DNA of 64,000 nucleotides from positions 4,160,001 to 4,224,000 of the forward strand of contig OZ244744.1 in NCBI GenBank assembly GCA_965219455.1, read 5' to 3'. Made by a program: the position numbers and the translations under genes. Below are positions 38,729 through 48,602 of the stretch, in pieces. The DNA comes from Candidatus Latescibacterota bacterium (GTDB lineage: Bacteria; Latescibacterota; UBA2968; GCA-2709665). Within the stretch, counting starts at the first letter, position 1, and each line of letters begins with the position of its first letter. Under the pieces are notes generated by a model, which was not told the origin of the DNA, did no database searches, and worked only from the letters and a program-made list of their open reading frames with translations.

Positions 38729-39123
38729 TCCGGGCCTCCTTTCTTTGCTTTCTCCCTTGCTTCAATCAGCGCGCGCAATTCATCCAGTTCTTTCTGGGAA
38801 AGTTCGCCCGAATCCACGAGATACGTTGCCAGCGACCCGAAGGATCCTTCGAACATACGGGACACGAGGGTTCGCGTTTCTGCCCGCGCGACCTCTTCCC
38901 TCGACACGGTTGGCCTGTACACATTAACGGGACCGATTTTCTCACGATCCAACACGCCCTTTTCAGCCAGAATATTCATGATCGTCTGTACGGTCGTATA
39001 GGCCTTCTCGCCATTGGGATAGACGTAATCCAGAACGTTGCGAACCGTGACCCGGCGGTTGAATTTCCAGACGCCGTCCATCACCTCCCACTCGACTTCG
39101 GCCAGTCGTCTTTTCTTCGCCAT
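38725..39123 (-). CDS. BlaI/MecI/CopY family transcriptional repressor
   Basis: 'EWEVM..VW', 'AYTTVQTIMNILAEKG', 'F.GS...L...LV....LS..EL..L'; ATGA-coupled to the M56 gene. Confidence 0.92.
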   Translation of the reverse strand: MAKKRRLAEVEWEVMDGVWKFNRRVTVRNVLDYVYPNGEKAYTTVQTIMNILAEKGVLDREKIGPVNVYRPTVSREEVARAETRTLVSRMFEGSFGSLATYLVDSGELSQKELDELRALIEAREKAKKGGPE

Positions 39124-39281
39124 AATCATCTCCTTTGCGCTCGTCTTATGACTCAATTTTCAGTAATAAAACGATTTTATCTGTGTGGCCGGTACATATG
39201 CCGGACACTCGGCGTATATTCTGATGTCTTAGACGATTTCAATGCGCCCGCCATGCCCACGATTGGATCGCTCTACCCCGC

Positions 39282-39362
39282 GTGGGCGCAACCCTCGTGG
39301 TTGCCCTGTTGTGCAGGTTGGCGCCTGTCTCGCCGTGGGGCGCCCACAAGAGGCGCCCCTAC
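39282..39362. repeat. REP doublet (REPIN-like, GTAG class)
   Basis: GTGGGCGCAACCCTCGTGGTTGCCC facing GGGCGCCCACAAGAGGCGCCCCTAC (reverse complement GTAGGGGCGCCTCTTGTGGGCGCCC); each unit is self-palindromic. Confidence 0.65.
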
Positions 39363-39441
39363 CAGCAGCATACCTGCTGTTGCAGGCATACCTTCGTCGA
39401 AGAGGGGTTCTCCGCTGCCTTTCCAGTGATTTGTCCGAATT

Positions 39442-39465
39442 ATATTACTAATATATTAGTAATAT
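39442..39465. promoter_or_regulatory. Perfect 24-bp palindrome, candidate BlaI operator
   Basis: ATATTACTAATATATTAGTAATAT is its own reverse complement; TAC...GTA core resembles BlaI/MecI boxes; lies upstream of the blaI-like gene. Confidence 0.7.
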
Positions 39466-39489
39466 GACGAATTCATTAGGAACTGTCAA
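39461..39489 (-). promoter_or_regulatory. Sigma70-like promoter facing blaI
   Basis: Minus-strand TTGACA (39489-39484), 17-nt spacer, CATATT (39466-39461) overlapping the palindrome. Confidence 0.55.
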
Positions 39490-39815
39490 GTGGGGATTTT
39501 ATTTTTTCTGGAATTGCTGAACAATTACCGTAAGGAAAACCGGGAATTTCCCGCGTCCGCAGGTAGAATCGAAGCGTGAGCCGACTCCGCAATCCTTTCT
39601 CTATTTCTTCGCTGGCGTCTACTTCCCGCTTACGCGGTATCGACGACCGAGACTGGAATCGAGTTTCAGGAGTGTCTGGACTTCAATGGGTGGGCGTCGT
39701 ATATTGCGCAATCCGGCACCGATCGTGTGCCCCGGTGAATTCGTGTGGCAGGCGCAGGATATTCTGTCGGTTTTCTTCTGTGTGGTCCCGTCGACCGCTT
39801 TCTGGAATGCTTCCA

Positions 39816-42800
39816 ATGTCTGATAAGGATCTCACGAGACGGGAGTTTCTTCAAGGGGCCGGTCTGGGCACCATGGCTCTAGCGGCCGGATGCGATCCGG
39901 CTTTGTGGAGGAGCGATATGGGGATCGAACGGATAGATTGTTCAAGGGAAACAAGGTACTGGGAAGGTGAACGGCCGTTTCCAAGAGGCGTGGCGCATCC
40001 GCTGTTCTATACGCCTGACCAGATCGAGCGCGCCAGGAGGCGGGTGGAATCGCATGACTGGGCGAAGCGGTTTCGAGACGGGCAGTTGCGTTGGATCGCC
40101 CGCCGAAAAATCCTGGAGATGCCGGACGAGACCATACGCGCTGGTATTTCAGAGCAGGTTAACTTTCCTCTTCCGCGCTGTCCGGTTGACCGGCGAAAGC
40201 GGAGTTGGCGGATCCATTTCTGGAAATGGTCGCCGGAGGATCCGGACCATGTCCGGTGCGAAATCTGCGGGAGCGTGTTTCCGGGGCCGGACCACCGGCC
40301 GGTGGGAGAGATCGAGGTGGTGGGTCCGGCCGGCGGGGTGGTCCGATACCGTTATTGGGAGGATGAGGAGGGGATGCGGTACTTTTTCGAAAATATGTTG
40401 TTGAACTACACCCAGTACCACGTGATCCGGATGGCGGATCCCCTGTCGATTGCCTACGCACTAACCGGCGAGATAGCGTATGCGCAGAAGGCGGCGGTGA
40501 TACTGGATCGGCTTTCGGAAGTCTACAGGAACTATCCCGTGCACGGACTGGGCGTGGCATATCTCCACGCAGATCGGAGGGGATTCTACGAGAACCATTT
40601 CTACAAGGCCCCGCCCTTTCCCTTCGTGTCCGCAAGGATGGGCAATTTTCACGCCAGCCCGTTTTCAGACGCGAACAATGCGTTCCGCCTGGCCCAGGTG
40701 TACGACCTGATCTCCGAAAGCGGCGCCATCGAAAAACTGTCCGAAGCCGAGGGTCGGGACGTGCGCAGGGCAATTGAACGGGACCTGCTGTACGAGGCGA
40801 TCCGGCACACGCTGGAGACCCCGCACGGCTCCACCAATTACGACGGGGGAAGGATCAACGGGCTGGCCCTCGCGGGGCGGGTTCTCGATGAACCGGATTT
40901 CGTTGCCAATGCGTACATGCTGTATCGGACATTGATCGATAACTGTTATTTTTACGACGGGTACTGGCACGAGGATACGCTAAACTATTTCAATATGATT
41001 ACCGGGGGCACGCTCCGTGTGCCGGATGTAATCAGTGGCCCGGGAGGAATAGATGTCTACGGAGAGATGCCATTTCTAGAGCGGATCTATACGGCGCCAT
41101 TGGGGTTGTTTATGCCGGACGGGCGCACGCTGATGGCGAACGATACGTGGGCGTTGAGTACCGGTGTCGCCCGTGTGTCAAGTCGAATTGGATCCATGGC
41201 CCGATTCGTGGAAGCAGCCGACGAGATCGCAGGTACATCCAGGATTCCCGTTGCCGACGTCGAGTATGCACTCTTCCGGCGGTCTTCGGAAGCGGGCCGG
41301 CGCGTCACGGAGGACGATTTGCTGGCGCTGGCGCCTTCCAACTATCTTCTGCCGGGTGCGGGCGATGTGATCCTGGGCGTGGGACTATCGAAGGAAGCCG
41401 TGCGGGGGACGTTGTGTTATGGTCCATGGGGCGGGCACCACCATTACGATACGCTCGCAATGGGAATGGATGTGTTCGGGCAGGAACTTCTCTCGGACAT
41501 CGGATATACGCATACCCGTTACCGGGAGTGGGCGACGACGGTCGGCAGCCACAATACCGTGGTTGTAGACGGGCAGGAGCAGACAAGAGACAGTGGGCGG
41601 CTGAGGTGCTATCACCCTGCTTCTGGCACGCGCGTGGGACTGGTCTGCGCGGAGGCCCCGGGGGCTTTTAGGAATGCGACGGTGTATCGCCGAACGATGA
41701 TGCTCGTCCCAACGGGCACCGATAGCGGGTACGTGGTGGATCTGTTTGAAGTGAAGGGCGGCGACGTGCACGATTATCTCCTGCACGGATCGGCGGATTT
41801 CGACCAGGCGCTTTCAGTGGATGTGGAACTCCAGCCTGCGGACGAGGAGATGATTCTGAGCGGAGAGGGGACAGACGGGGCGCTTTACGGTTATTTGAAA
41901 CGAACGCGCGGGGCGGATGTGTCCGGAGAATTGGAGGTGCGGTTCGAAGGCAAGGGGACGCTGGTGGATGTCAGGTTCCTCGGCGTTCAGGCGGGTCGAT
42001 TGCTGGTCAGCGACGCACCGTCCATCCGCCGGACGCAGGAGGATGACGGCAAATTGGACGATTTCTGGTTTCCGGTAGTCTGTTTGCGAAACCGAAACGG
42101 CGCGAGCCGGTTTGTGTCGGTGATCGAAGCACACCGGGGCCGAAGCGTTATTCAAGATGCGAAGCTGGTGGCGCAGGATCGCGCCGGGGTTGTCCTGCGG
42201 GTGACGGAACGCGGCCGGGTTCGGACAATCGCGATAGATCCCGAGGGAGTCGGGTTGGCCACAAACCTGCCGGATGGAAGGCGTTTTGAACTCAGGGGGC
42301 GCGCCGGCGTGATGAGCGAATCCTCCACGGAAATTGATCTCGACGTGATCGACGGGTCGCTGTTACGGGTGGGCGAGGCGACAATCGAACAGATTCGCGA
42401 CTACGAAGGGACGATAACGGGGCTGGCGGGAGATATGTCGGGCGAACCGGGGCGCAGTGAATTGGAAGTGGATATTCCGTTGCCGGAGGATGGATCGCTG
42501 GACGGAAAGGTAATCTACGTCCGTCATCCATCGGGGCTGGAGACGGTGTATCTGGTGAAGCGAATCGAGCGGGAAGACGATGGCAGCCGCGTTTATCTCG
42601 CCGATATGCCCCGATTCGTCAGGGGTAGAGGCGAGGTGGCATCCGGGAAGCGATCCAGGTTCGACAGCAACGTGGACCACCCGAAAGAAGGGGCGTATCC
42701 GGGATGCCGGCTCCGGATCGGGGATCGCGTGTTTACCATTCGCAAAATGAGAGGGCGCACGACCTTTGTCGTGGAGGAGGCGTTTGATTTTTCGGAGGTT

Positions 42801-42863
42801 ATCGGCGAACCATTCGACGTGTTTTCAACGGCCGTCGGTGATCAGGTCAGAATTGTGGCGTAG
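39816..42863 (+). CDS. Tat-exported heparinase II/III-like lipoprotein
   Basis: 'MSDKDLTRREFLQGAGLGTMALAAGC' (twin-Arg plus lipobox); CPVD-x22-CEIC; 'DGYWHEDTLNY', 'GHHHYDTL', 'SHNTVVVDG', 'YVVDLFEVKGG..HDYLLHG'. Confidence 0.85.
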   Translation: MSDKDLTRREFLQGAGLGTMALAAGCDPALWRSDMGIERIDCSRETRYWEGERPFPRGVAHPLFYTPDQIERARRRVESHDWAKRFRDGQLRWIARRKILEMPDETIRAGISEQVNFPLPRCPVDRRKRSWRIHFWKWSPEDPDHVRCEICGSVFPGPDHRPVGEIEVVGPAGGVVRYRYWEDEEGMRYFFENMLLNYTQYHVIRMADPLSIAYALTGEIAYAQKAAVILDRLSEVYRNYPVHGLGVAYLHADRRGFYENHFYKAPPFPFVSARMGNFHASPFSDANNAFRLAQVYDLISESGAIEKLSEAEGRDVRRAIERDLLYEAIRHTLETPHGSTNYDGGRINGLALAGRVLDEPDFVANAYMLYRTLIDNCYFYDGYWHEDTLNYFNMITGGTLRVPDVISGPGGIDVYGEMPFLERIYTAPLGLFMPDGRTLMANDTWALSTGVARVSSRIGSMARFVEAADEIAGTSRIPVADVEYALFRRSSEAGRRVTEDDLLALAPSNYLLPGAGDVILGVGLSKEAVRGTLCYGPWGGHHHYDTLAMGMDVFGQELLSDIGYTHTRYREWATTVGSHNTVVVDGQEQTRDSGRLRCYHPASGTRVGLVCAEAPGAFRNATVYRRTMMLVPTGTDSGYVVDLFEVKGGDVHDYLLHGSADFDQALSVDVELQPADEEMILSGEGTDGALYGYLKRTRGADVSGELEVRFEGKGTLVDVRFLGVQAGRLLVSDAPSIRRTQEDDGKLDDFWFPVVCLRNRNGASRFVSVIEAHRGRSVIQDAKLVAQDRAGVVLRVTERGRVRTIAIDPEGVGLATNLPDGRRFELRGRAGVMSESSTEIDLDVIDGSLLRVGEATIEQIRDYEGTITGLAGDMSGEPGRSELEVDIPLPEDGSLDGKVIYVRHPSGLETVYLVKRIEREDDGSRVYLADMPRFVRGRGEVASGKRSRFDSNVDHPKEGAYPGCRLRIGDRVFTIRKMRGRTTFVVEEAFDFSEVIGEPFDVFSTAVGDQVRIVA

Positions 42864-42998
42864 CCCTCGTTAATCCCCGAATCTGTGAGATTCACTCCGG
42901 CGAACCATCCACGCTTCTCCCGGATGTGCGATGTCCGCGACCCGATTTGCAATGACTCGCACGGTACGCCAGGGTCTTGATAGACGGTAATCGGCGGG

Positions 42999-43730
42999 TC
43001 AGTTTTCTTCTTCCTCGCCGGCGTAGGTATGGCCGCCCAGGATTGCCCGGACTTCGGCGGCTGAAGAGGCGCTAAGCAGCGCCCCCATTCTTTCTTCCTC
43101 CTCCTCTTGCAGTGCACGGACGTTGTTGAGAACGGCTTCCAGTTTGTCGGAGGGGAACTTGCACGCGCCGTTTTCGTCCATGTGGACGATTTCGCCCGGC
43201 GCGACGTCCATCCCGCCTACAGAGACCGGAACATTGACGGCGTGTACCGCCATGCCGCCGTGCCCGGCGGTGACGCCGCTGAGCATGTACTGAAATTTCA
43301 TGGGCCGGATCTCGTCGATGTCCCTGGAGGGGCCGTTGGAGATGGCGCCCACGCAGCCGACCGCCTTCATTGCCGAGGTCATGTTTCCACCGGCCAGTCC
43401 GACCTTGGCCGCGAGTTCAGGCGGGAATTTCTGCTGGAAGACGAGGACCGTCGGTTTCGGAGACGCGTCCATGGCGTCGATCACGTCCAGAAACGACAGA
43501 GAGTTGTAGTCGGGGTCGGGCAGTCCGAAGACGCAGGTCACCGCGTAACCGACCGTGCGGCCCAGTTCGGGATACATGCACCGTATGGATTGGTCCGTAT
43601 ACCAGTTTTCCGTCCAGGGATTGTAGAGGCTCAGGCAAAGCGGGTCGCCGGGATAAGTGGCCACGACATTCGTGATTGACGGGGTGTCGAAATTTTTCAA
43701 TTCTTCCAGCATTTCCTGAGAGGTCGCCAT
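42999..43730 (-). CDS. RraA-family protein (HMG/CHA aldolase-like)
   Basis: 'VGYAVT', 'GGNMT', 'GAISNGPSRDIDEI', 'VGGMDVAPGEIVHMDENG'. Confidence 0.85.
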   Translation of the reverse strand: MATSQEMLEELKNFDTPSITNVVATYPGDPLCLSLYNPWTENWYTDQSIRCMYPELGRTVGYAVTCVFGLPDPDYNSLSFLDVIDAMDASPKPTVLVFQQKFPPELAAKVGLAGGNMTSAMKAVGCVGAISNGPSRDIDEIRPMKFQYMLSGVTAGHGGMAVHAVNVPVSVGGMDVAPGEIVHMDENGACKFPSDKLEAVLNNVRALQEEEEERMGALLSASSAAEVRAILGGHTYAGEEEEN

Positions 43731-43811
43731 CTGGGACTCCTTCGGTTTTTTGCGGGATTAGTGTAAGTACGTCGATCCTTCCCTTCCCCATCGCGTGGGA
43801 CCGGTTCTGTC

Positions 43812-44627
43812 TTATCCTTCTCTGGGGAGGAGTTGCAGGGGCTGTACAATCCGGCGGCGCGCCGGCGTGAGTCTTTGCAGGAGTTCCGGTGACGGTTGAT
43901 AACCGTGGCGAAAGTTTCCCCATGAGGGTCCGTACCGGTAGACAACCACGCGCCGGGTACCCGGGTTGGACCGCCGGGCGGAGCCGTGTGAGATGCCGTC
44001 CACAAATAGAAGCGCGTCCCCCGCGGCCATTTGGATTTCGACGGCGCCTTCAATGCCTTCGACAGTGGCGTTTCTGGACATCCTGTGTCTGTCGAAGTTC
44101 GGGTGTTTGAAGTTGGATTTATGGCTTCCGGGGATGACCATGGTGCCGCCGTCACCGGGTCCGACGTCGGTAAGCGCAATGAGGATGTTGATCTGGCCAC
44201 ACATAAAGCGCCCGCCGTGGTAGCGGAACTGATTGCGCAAAATGGGCGGGTATCCACCGGAGTGCAGCCCGATGGCTTCGCCGGGTTCGCGAAAATTCGC
44301 GAAATTCTCGTCGATGAACAAGGGGCCGTGGTGGTAGTCGAAGCTGCCTTCGCCTCCCACAAAGCGCTTCACCTTTTCAAACCACGAGGGATGGTCGATC
44401 AGTTTCTCGAAGGGCTCCCCGGCTTCATAAATCTGCTGCAGGTTCAGTCCAGAGGTGTCGTCGCCGTAGGTGTGCGCCTGAATATGGCCGAACCACTCCC
44501 CTGGCCTGATTGGAGGTATTTCATCCAGGCAGGCATTGAGTTCCCCAACTTCCAACCGGGTGAGCGCGTTATTGAGATGTAGATAACCGCGAAGGTCAAA
44601 CAGGTACGTTGCCAGATCGATATCCAT
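43812..44627 (-). CDS. PhyH-family Fe(II)/2OG enzyme with HxG iron site
   Basis: 'YLFDLRGYL', 'GLHSGG', 'GGTMVIPGSHKSNF', 'DGISHGS', 'RRVVVYRY'. Confidence 0.85.
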   Translation of the reverse strand: MDIDLATYLFDLRGYLHLNNALTRLEVGELNACLDEIPPIRPGEWFGHIQAHTYGDDTSGLNLQQIYEAGEPFEKLIDHPSWFEKVKRFVGGEGSFDYHHGPLFIDENFANFREPGEAIGLHSGGYPPILRNQFRYHGGRFMCGQINILIALTDVGPGDGGTMVIPGSHKSNFKHPNFDRHRMSRNATVEGIEGAVEIQMAAGDALLFVDGISHGSARRSNPGTRRVVVYRYGPSWGNFRHGYQPSPELLQRLTPARRRIVQPLQLLPREG

Positions 44628-44687
44628 GGATGTTCCTACGGGGTGTTTTGAAACCTGGGGACGGAACGCCGTCGCAGGTCAAATGGT

Positions 44688-45680
44688 TCAAGTTTTGCGC
44701 GCCGTGAGGATGCTCGATCCGTTCGGTTGCCTGATCCGCCGGACATTCCCGAATCCCGCCTGGGTCAACCAGGTTCTGTACTCGCATTCCGTGTAGGCGC
44801 GCCCCCCGCGATAGATGTTGAGGAAGACGATGTTGAAGATGGCAGCTTCGGGCGGTGAATATCGGCAGTCGTCCAGGATGCCGTTACCCAGGATGTAGAT
44901 GGCGCTGCCGGGCTTGAGTACGGCGCCTATGTGCGATAGGGCCCGACCTGCCTGGCATGGAGGAAGGGTCTGGATAAAGGCTTTGACCACAGCCGCGTCA
45001 AACTCGCCCGGAACGGGTTCTCGGGTGGCGTCTATCGCGAGGGTTCGGATCCGGTCGGTCGCATTCGCCTCACGGATGAAGCGTCTTGTAACAGGGATCA
45101 CTTCGGCCAGGTCCAGAACGGTTGCGCTAAGCTTGGGGCAGGCTTGGCTAACGCCGATGGCCAGCCCGCCCGAACCCCCGCCGACGTCCAGCAGGCGCGT
45201 GCAGGATGAAATATCGAAGCGCTCTGCCAGGTTCCGGCCGGTCGCCAGCGACTCGTCGTGAAGTCCACGGAAGAATGTGTACAGCTGACCGGGGGTCATG
45301 TTTCCAAAGCTGTGTTCGGCCTGAGGTTGGTCCAGCCGAATCGAGTCCGCGGTCTTGAGGGTTGCCGACCACAGGTCGGAGAGCAGGTGGTGGACGTTGC
45401 CCACGTAGTTGGGGCTGGTCTCTACCAGGTGATGCCGAGCCTCGCTGCCGTTGAAGAAGCGATTGTTTTCAACGCCCAACAGGCCCGTTGCCGCCAGCGC
45501 GTAAAGTAGAGGGGAGAGACGCTCGGCCGACACCTGGATTCTTGCGGCGATCTGTTCCGAATCAAGTGGGCCGTCCGCCAGGGTCGTGAAGACGCCAAGC
45601 TGCATACCGGCCAGCAGGGCGAACGAGGAATAGGCATTCTGGATCAGGCGCGATATCGTCTCGGCTTCGGGCACTTCCAT
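44688..45680 (-). CDS. SAM-dependent O-methyltransferase (Methyltransf_2 with dimerisation domain)
   Basis: N-terminal 'LLAGMQLGVF..L' dimerisation helix; 'LLDVGGGSG' SAM motif; 'LKPGS', 'WLTQAGF'. Confidence 0.85.
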   Translation of the reverse strand: MEVPEAETISRLIQNAYSSFALLAGMQLGVFTTLADGPLDSEQIAARIQVSAERLSPLLYALAATGLLGVENNRFFNGSEARHHLVETSPNYVGNVHHLLSDLWSATLKTADSIRLDQPQAEHSFGNMTPGQLYTFFRGLHDESLATGRNLAERFDISSCTRLLDVGGGSGGLAIGVSQACPKLSATVLDLAEVIPVTRRFIREANATDRIRTLAIDATREPVPGEFDAAVVKAFIQTLPPCQAGRALSHIGAVLKPGSAIYILGNGILDDCRYSPPEAAIFNIVFLNIYRGGRAYTECEYRTWLTQAGFGNVRRIRQPNGSSILTARKT

Positions 45681-45691
45681 AAAGCTGTTTC

Positions 45692-46555
45692 TTATCGTTC
45701 GACTTGGACGTTGCCGTCTTCGTCCACGGTGAGGGAGGGAACTTCGCCTTTGTGATTGGAATAAGGCCCGAACATGACCGCGCGCTGTTCGTCGGTCATT
45801 CCATCAACGAGGTCTTCGCCCCAGTATATTTCCGGGGGGGCCAGTTGACTCGCCGGACCGCCACGCACACACGAACGGGCGGCGTATTTGAACAGCACGG
45901 AGCGGCGGGGCCGCTCGCTTTGCCAGGGACGCGTGCCATGGGTCTGCGCTCCGTCCATGAAAAACAGGACATCGCCTGCCCGCATGGCTGGCTGTACAAC
46001 GGTACCCATGTCGTCGTCGCACGTACGCACGCCCGGAGGCATTGGAAACCCGGATTTGTGGCTGCCGGGTACGCAGGTGAATCCTCCGTCCTCCGGGTTT
46101 ACGTCGGCGAGTTGCCAGCTTACCGTGACGCCGCCGCAGTAGGTTTGACTGTTCTGGTGATTGTATGCCACGTAGGGTCTGTGCGGTTCGCCGGCGCCGT
46201 GCATGGTCAGGCCTTCGGTGCCTTTGACGCCGGATATGAGCAATGGACCGTGATCCAGTCGAAAGCCGGCGCCGCACATCACGTTCAGGCGCAGGACGAC
46301 GGAGGGGTGGGCCAGCATCTCTCGGAACGGTTCACAGTACGGGCGTTCCATTTGCAGGAGGCCGTGCATGGTGGGGCGTCCGGTGCCCCGGAGGGTATGT
46401 GAGCCTCGCGCACCCCGATTGTCGTCGCCCACGTGTATCCGGTCCTGGTGCCGGTCGATGGCTTCGTTCGCAGCGGTGATTTCTTCGGGTGTCAGCACGC
46501 CTTGTACGACGAGATAGCCCGTGAGATCCCAGAAATAGCGTTCTTTTGCGTCCAT
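45692..46555 (-). CDS. PhyH-family Fe(II)/2OG enzyme with HxA iron site
   Basis: 'RYFWDLTGYLV', 'FRLDHGP', 'TMHGAG', 'GGFTCVPGSHKS', 'AQTHGT', 'RRSVLFKY'. Confidence 0.85.
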   Translation of the reverse strand: MDAKERYFWDLTGYLVVQGVLTPEEITAANEAIDRHQDRIHVGDDNRGARGSHTLRGTGRPTMHGLLQMERPYCEPFREMLAHPSVVLRLNVMCGAGFRLDHGPLLISGVKGTEGLTMHGAGEPHRPYVAYNHQNSQTYCGGVTVSWQLADVNPEDGGFTCVPGSHKSGFPMPPGVRTCDDDMGTVVQPAMRAGDVLFFMDGAQTHGTRPWQSERPRRSVLFKYAARSCVRGGPASQLAPPEIYWGEDLVDGMTDEQRAVMFGPYSNHKGEVPSLTVDEDGNVQVER

Positions 46556-46596
46556 CGTATACTCCGGAGACGTTCCGTGACGGTGTAAATGCTCAT

Positions 46597-47472
46597 TCAG
46601 GCGATCCAGGTCTTGTGGCCGTCGGATCCAAGCCGGGGAAAGTCGTTACCGGTGTGGACTCCGGGACCGTAGAGGACGGCCTTCTGTTCAGGTGTGAGGT
46701 CGCGGACCCATTCCCCCCAGCGCGCTTCTGGTGCGAAGTGGCGACCTGTCGCCCGCGCGACGGCCCGGGAGGCATATTTGTAGAGAACGGAGCGGCGTCC
46801 GTGTTTCCCCTTCCAGGGAAGGGTGCCGTGCGTGGCGGTTTCGGCAAAAAACAGGACGTCACCGGCTCTCATCGCTGGCTGTACAACCAGGTCCTTGTGG
46901 TCTTCTACGGACCGTACGCCCGCCGGGGTGGGTTCGCGTGTCTTGTGGCTGCCGGGTACGATGCAGAAGCCGCCGTCGCCCTTATTGACGTCAGCCAGTT
47001 GCCATGCGACGGTGACACCCCGGCAGTAAATGTTGCCATTCTGCTGGTGGTACCATACGGAAGGACTGAAAGGTTCGCCCGCGCCGTGCAACTGGTGACC
47101 CTCGGCGCCGGCTTCGGCGCCTATAAGCAGGGGGCCATGGTCAAGGCGGAATCCCGTACCGGACATGACGTTCAGGCGGGAGACCACAACGGGATGGACG
47201 AGGAGTTTGCGGAATGGCTCGCGGTAGGGTGTCGGCCAGCCGAGCATCCCCGTGAGTTCCGTCCGCCCCTGTTTGCCCTCCAGGGCCGATGAGCCGCCCG
47301 CGAGGCTGTGGGACTTGATGGGGCGTGTGGACATGTGGTCGGCAAAGCGATCAAGAGCGCTATTGCATTCCTGTGCCTCTTCGACCGTGAGGGCGTTTCT
47401 AACGACGAGATACCCGGTCAGGTCGAAGAAATATCGTTCTTCAGCCGACATGAGGTACAGGTTGGCGGCCAT
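46597..47472 (-). CDS. PhyH-family Fe(II)/2OG enzyme with HxA iron site (tandem paralog)
   Basis: 'RYFFDLTGYLV', 'FRLDHGP', 'QLHGAG', 'GGFCIVPGSHK', 'TATHGT', 'RRSVLYKY'. Confidence 0.85.
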   Translation of the reverse strand: MAANLYLMSAEERYFFDLTGYLVVRNALTVEEAQECNSALDRFADHMSTRPIKSHSLAGGSSALEGKQGRTELTGMLGWPTPYREPFRKLLVHPVVVSRLNVMSGTGFRLDHGPLLIGAEAGAEGHQLHGAGEPFSPSVWYHQQNGNIYCRGVTVAWQLADVNKGDGGFCIVPGSHKTREPTPAGVRSVEDHKDLVVQPAMRAGDVLFFAETATHGTLPWKGKHGRRSVLYKYASRAVARATGRHFAPEARWGEWVRDLTPEQKAVLYGPGVHTGNDFPRLGSDGHKTWIA

Positions 47473-47507
47473 TGTGCCTCCTGGCTAAACGAAATATAGT
47501 GGTTGAC

Positions 47508-48506
47508 CTACTGCGAAGTCTGGGTTCCGAACCCTTGCCGACGCTTCGCCTGCTCTTCCTCCCAATCCGCCATCACCTCGGCGGTCCGGCGCAGGAGTTG
47601 CTCGTCCTTTTCAGCGCGGACCGCGTGCGGATCACGGTCCGCCCAGTTGTAGTAGCCGTTTCCGGATTCCAGTCCGGTGGCTCCCGTTGCGACGAGCGCC
47701 TGGAGGTGGGCCAGTGGCTGCTCCCACCCGGCCAGGGTCCGCCAGAGATGCGAGGCCACGCGAACGTGCATCGTCAGACCGTTGATGTCTCGTTGTTCCA
47801 GCGGGCCTGCGGTGGTGAATCTGGGCGCCAGTCCCAGCCGGAAGGCGGCGTCGATATCTTCGGCGGTAGCGACGCCCGAGGCCAGCAGGTCCACGGCTTC
47901 TCGGATGAGCGCGTGTTGCAGCCGGTTGACGAGAAACCCGGGCACATCCTTGTTCACGTGAAGGGGAAAGTAGCCCAGCCGTTGCCAGATGCTGGCGATG
48001 CGATCCAATGTCTCGTTCGAGGTCTGTTCGCCGCGGACTATTTCGGCAACGGGAACGATGTGAGCCGGCTGTACGAAATGGGAGCCCGCAACGCGATTCC
48101 TGTGACGCGCGAGTTCCGCAAGTCTGCTGATGGGAAGGCCAGACGTGTTGCTGACGAGGGGAACATCCCTCTCCGACAGGGTATCCAGGCGCTGGAAGAG
48201 CGCCTGTTTGGCGGCGAGGTCTTCGGTGATGGATTCCACGATAAAAGCGGAATCGGCAGCCGCAACTTCCAGGTCCGTTGTGGTACGTATTCGGTCCAGG
48301 ACGATTTCAGGCGTTTCACCCCGCAGCCGGTTGTGCCGGTGGAGGTCCCTCGCGTATCTTTGCAGGTTCTTTCGGGCATCCACGAGGCTTTCCGCCCGCC
48401 GGCCGATCAGCCAGGTTTGCTTGCTCCCCAGGGCCAGGACCAGAGCGATCTGACTACCCATCAGACCGGCGCCGACAACGGTGGATTTTTCCAGGAAAAG
48501 GTCCAT
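47508..48506 (-). CDS. 3-hydroxyacyl-CoA dehydrogenase family protein
   Basis: 'VVGAGLMG', 'ESITEDLAAK', 'SNTSGL', 'HFVQP', 'KDVPGFLVNRL', 'GPLEQRD'. Confidence 0.9.
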   Translation of the reverse strand: MDLFLEKSTVVGAGLMGSQIALVLALGSKQTWLIGRRAESLVDARKNLQRYARDLHRHNRLRGETPEIVLDRIRTTTDLEVAAADSAFIVESITEDLAAKQALFQRLDTLSERDVPLVSNTSGLPISRLAELARHRNRVAGSHFVQPAHIVPVAEIVRGEQTSNETLDRIASIWQRLGYFPLHVNKDVPGFLVNRLQHALIREAVDLLASGVATAEDIDAAFRLGLAPRFTTAGPLEQRDINGLTMHVRVASHLWRTLAGWEQPLAHLQALVATGATGLESGNGYYNWADRDPHAVRAEKDEQLLRRTAEVMADWEEEQAKRRQGFGTQTSQ

Positions 48507-48537
48507 ATATTACGATTCGCCTTTGAAGACGGGACGC

Positions 48538-48570
48538 GCCCGTGAAGCGGGCCTTCAACGATTCACGGGC
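48538..48570. other. Intergenic hairpin between the aminotransferase and dehydrogenase genes
   Basis: GCCCGTGAA...TTCACGGGC 9-bp perfect stem; no U-tract, so more likely a processing or stability hairpin than a terminator. Confidence 0.4.
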
Positions 48571-48602
48571 AGCCGCCACACCGCCCTTTTCCCCGGCCGA
48601 TG

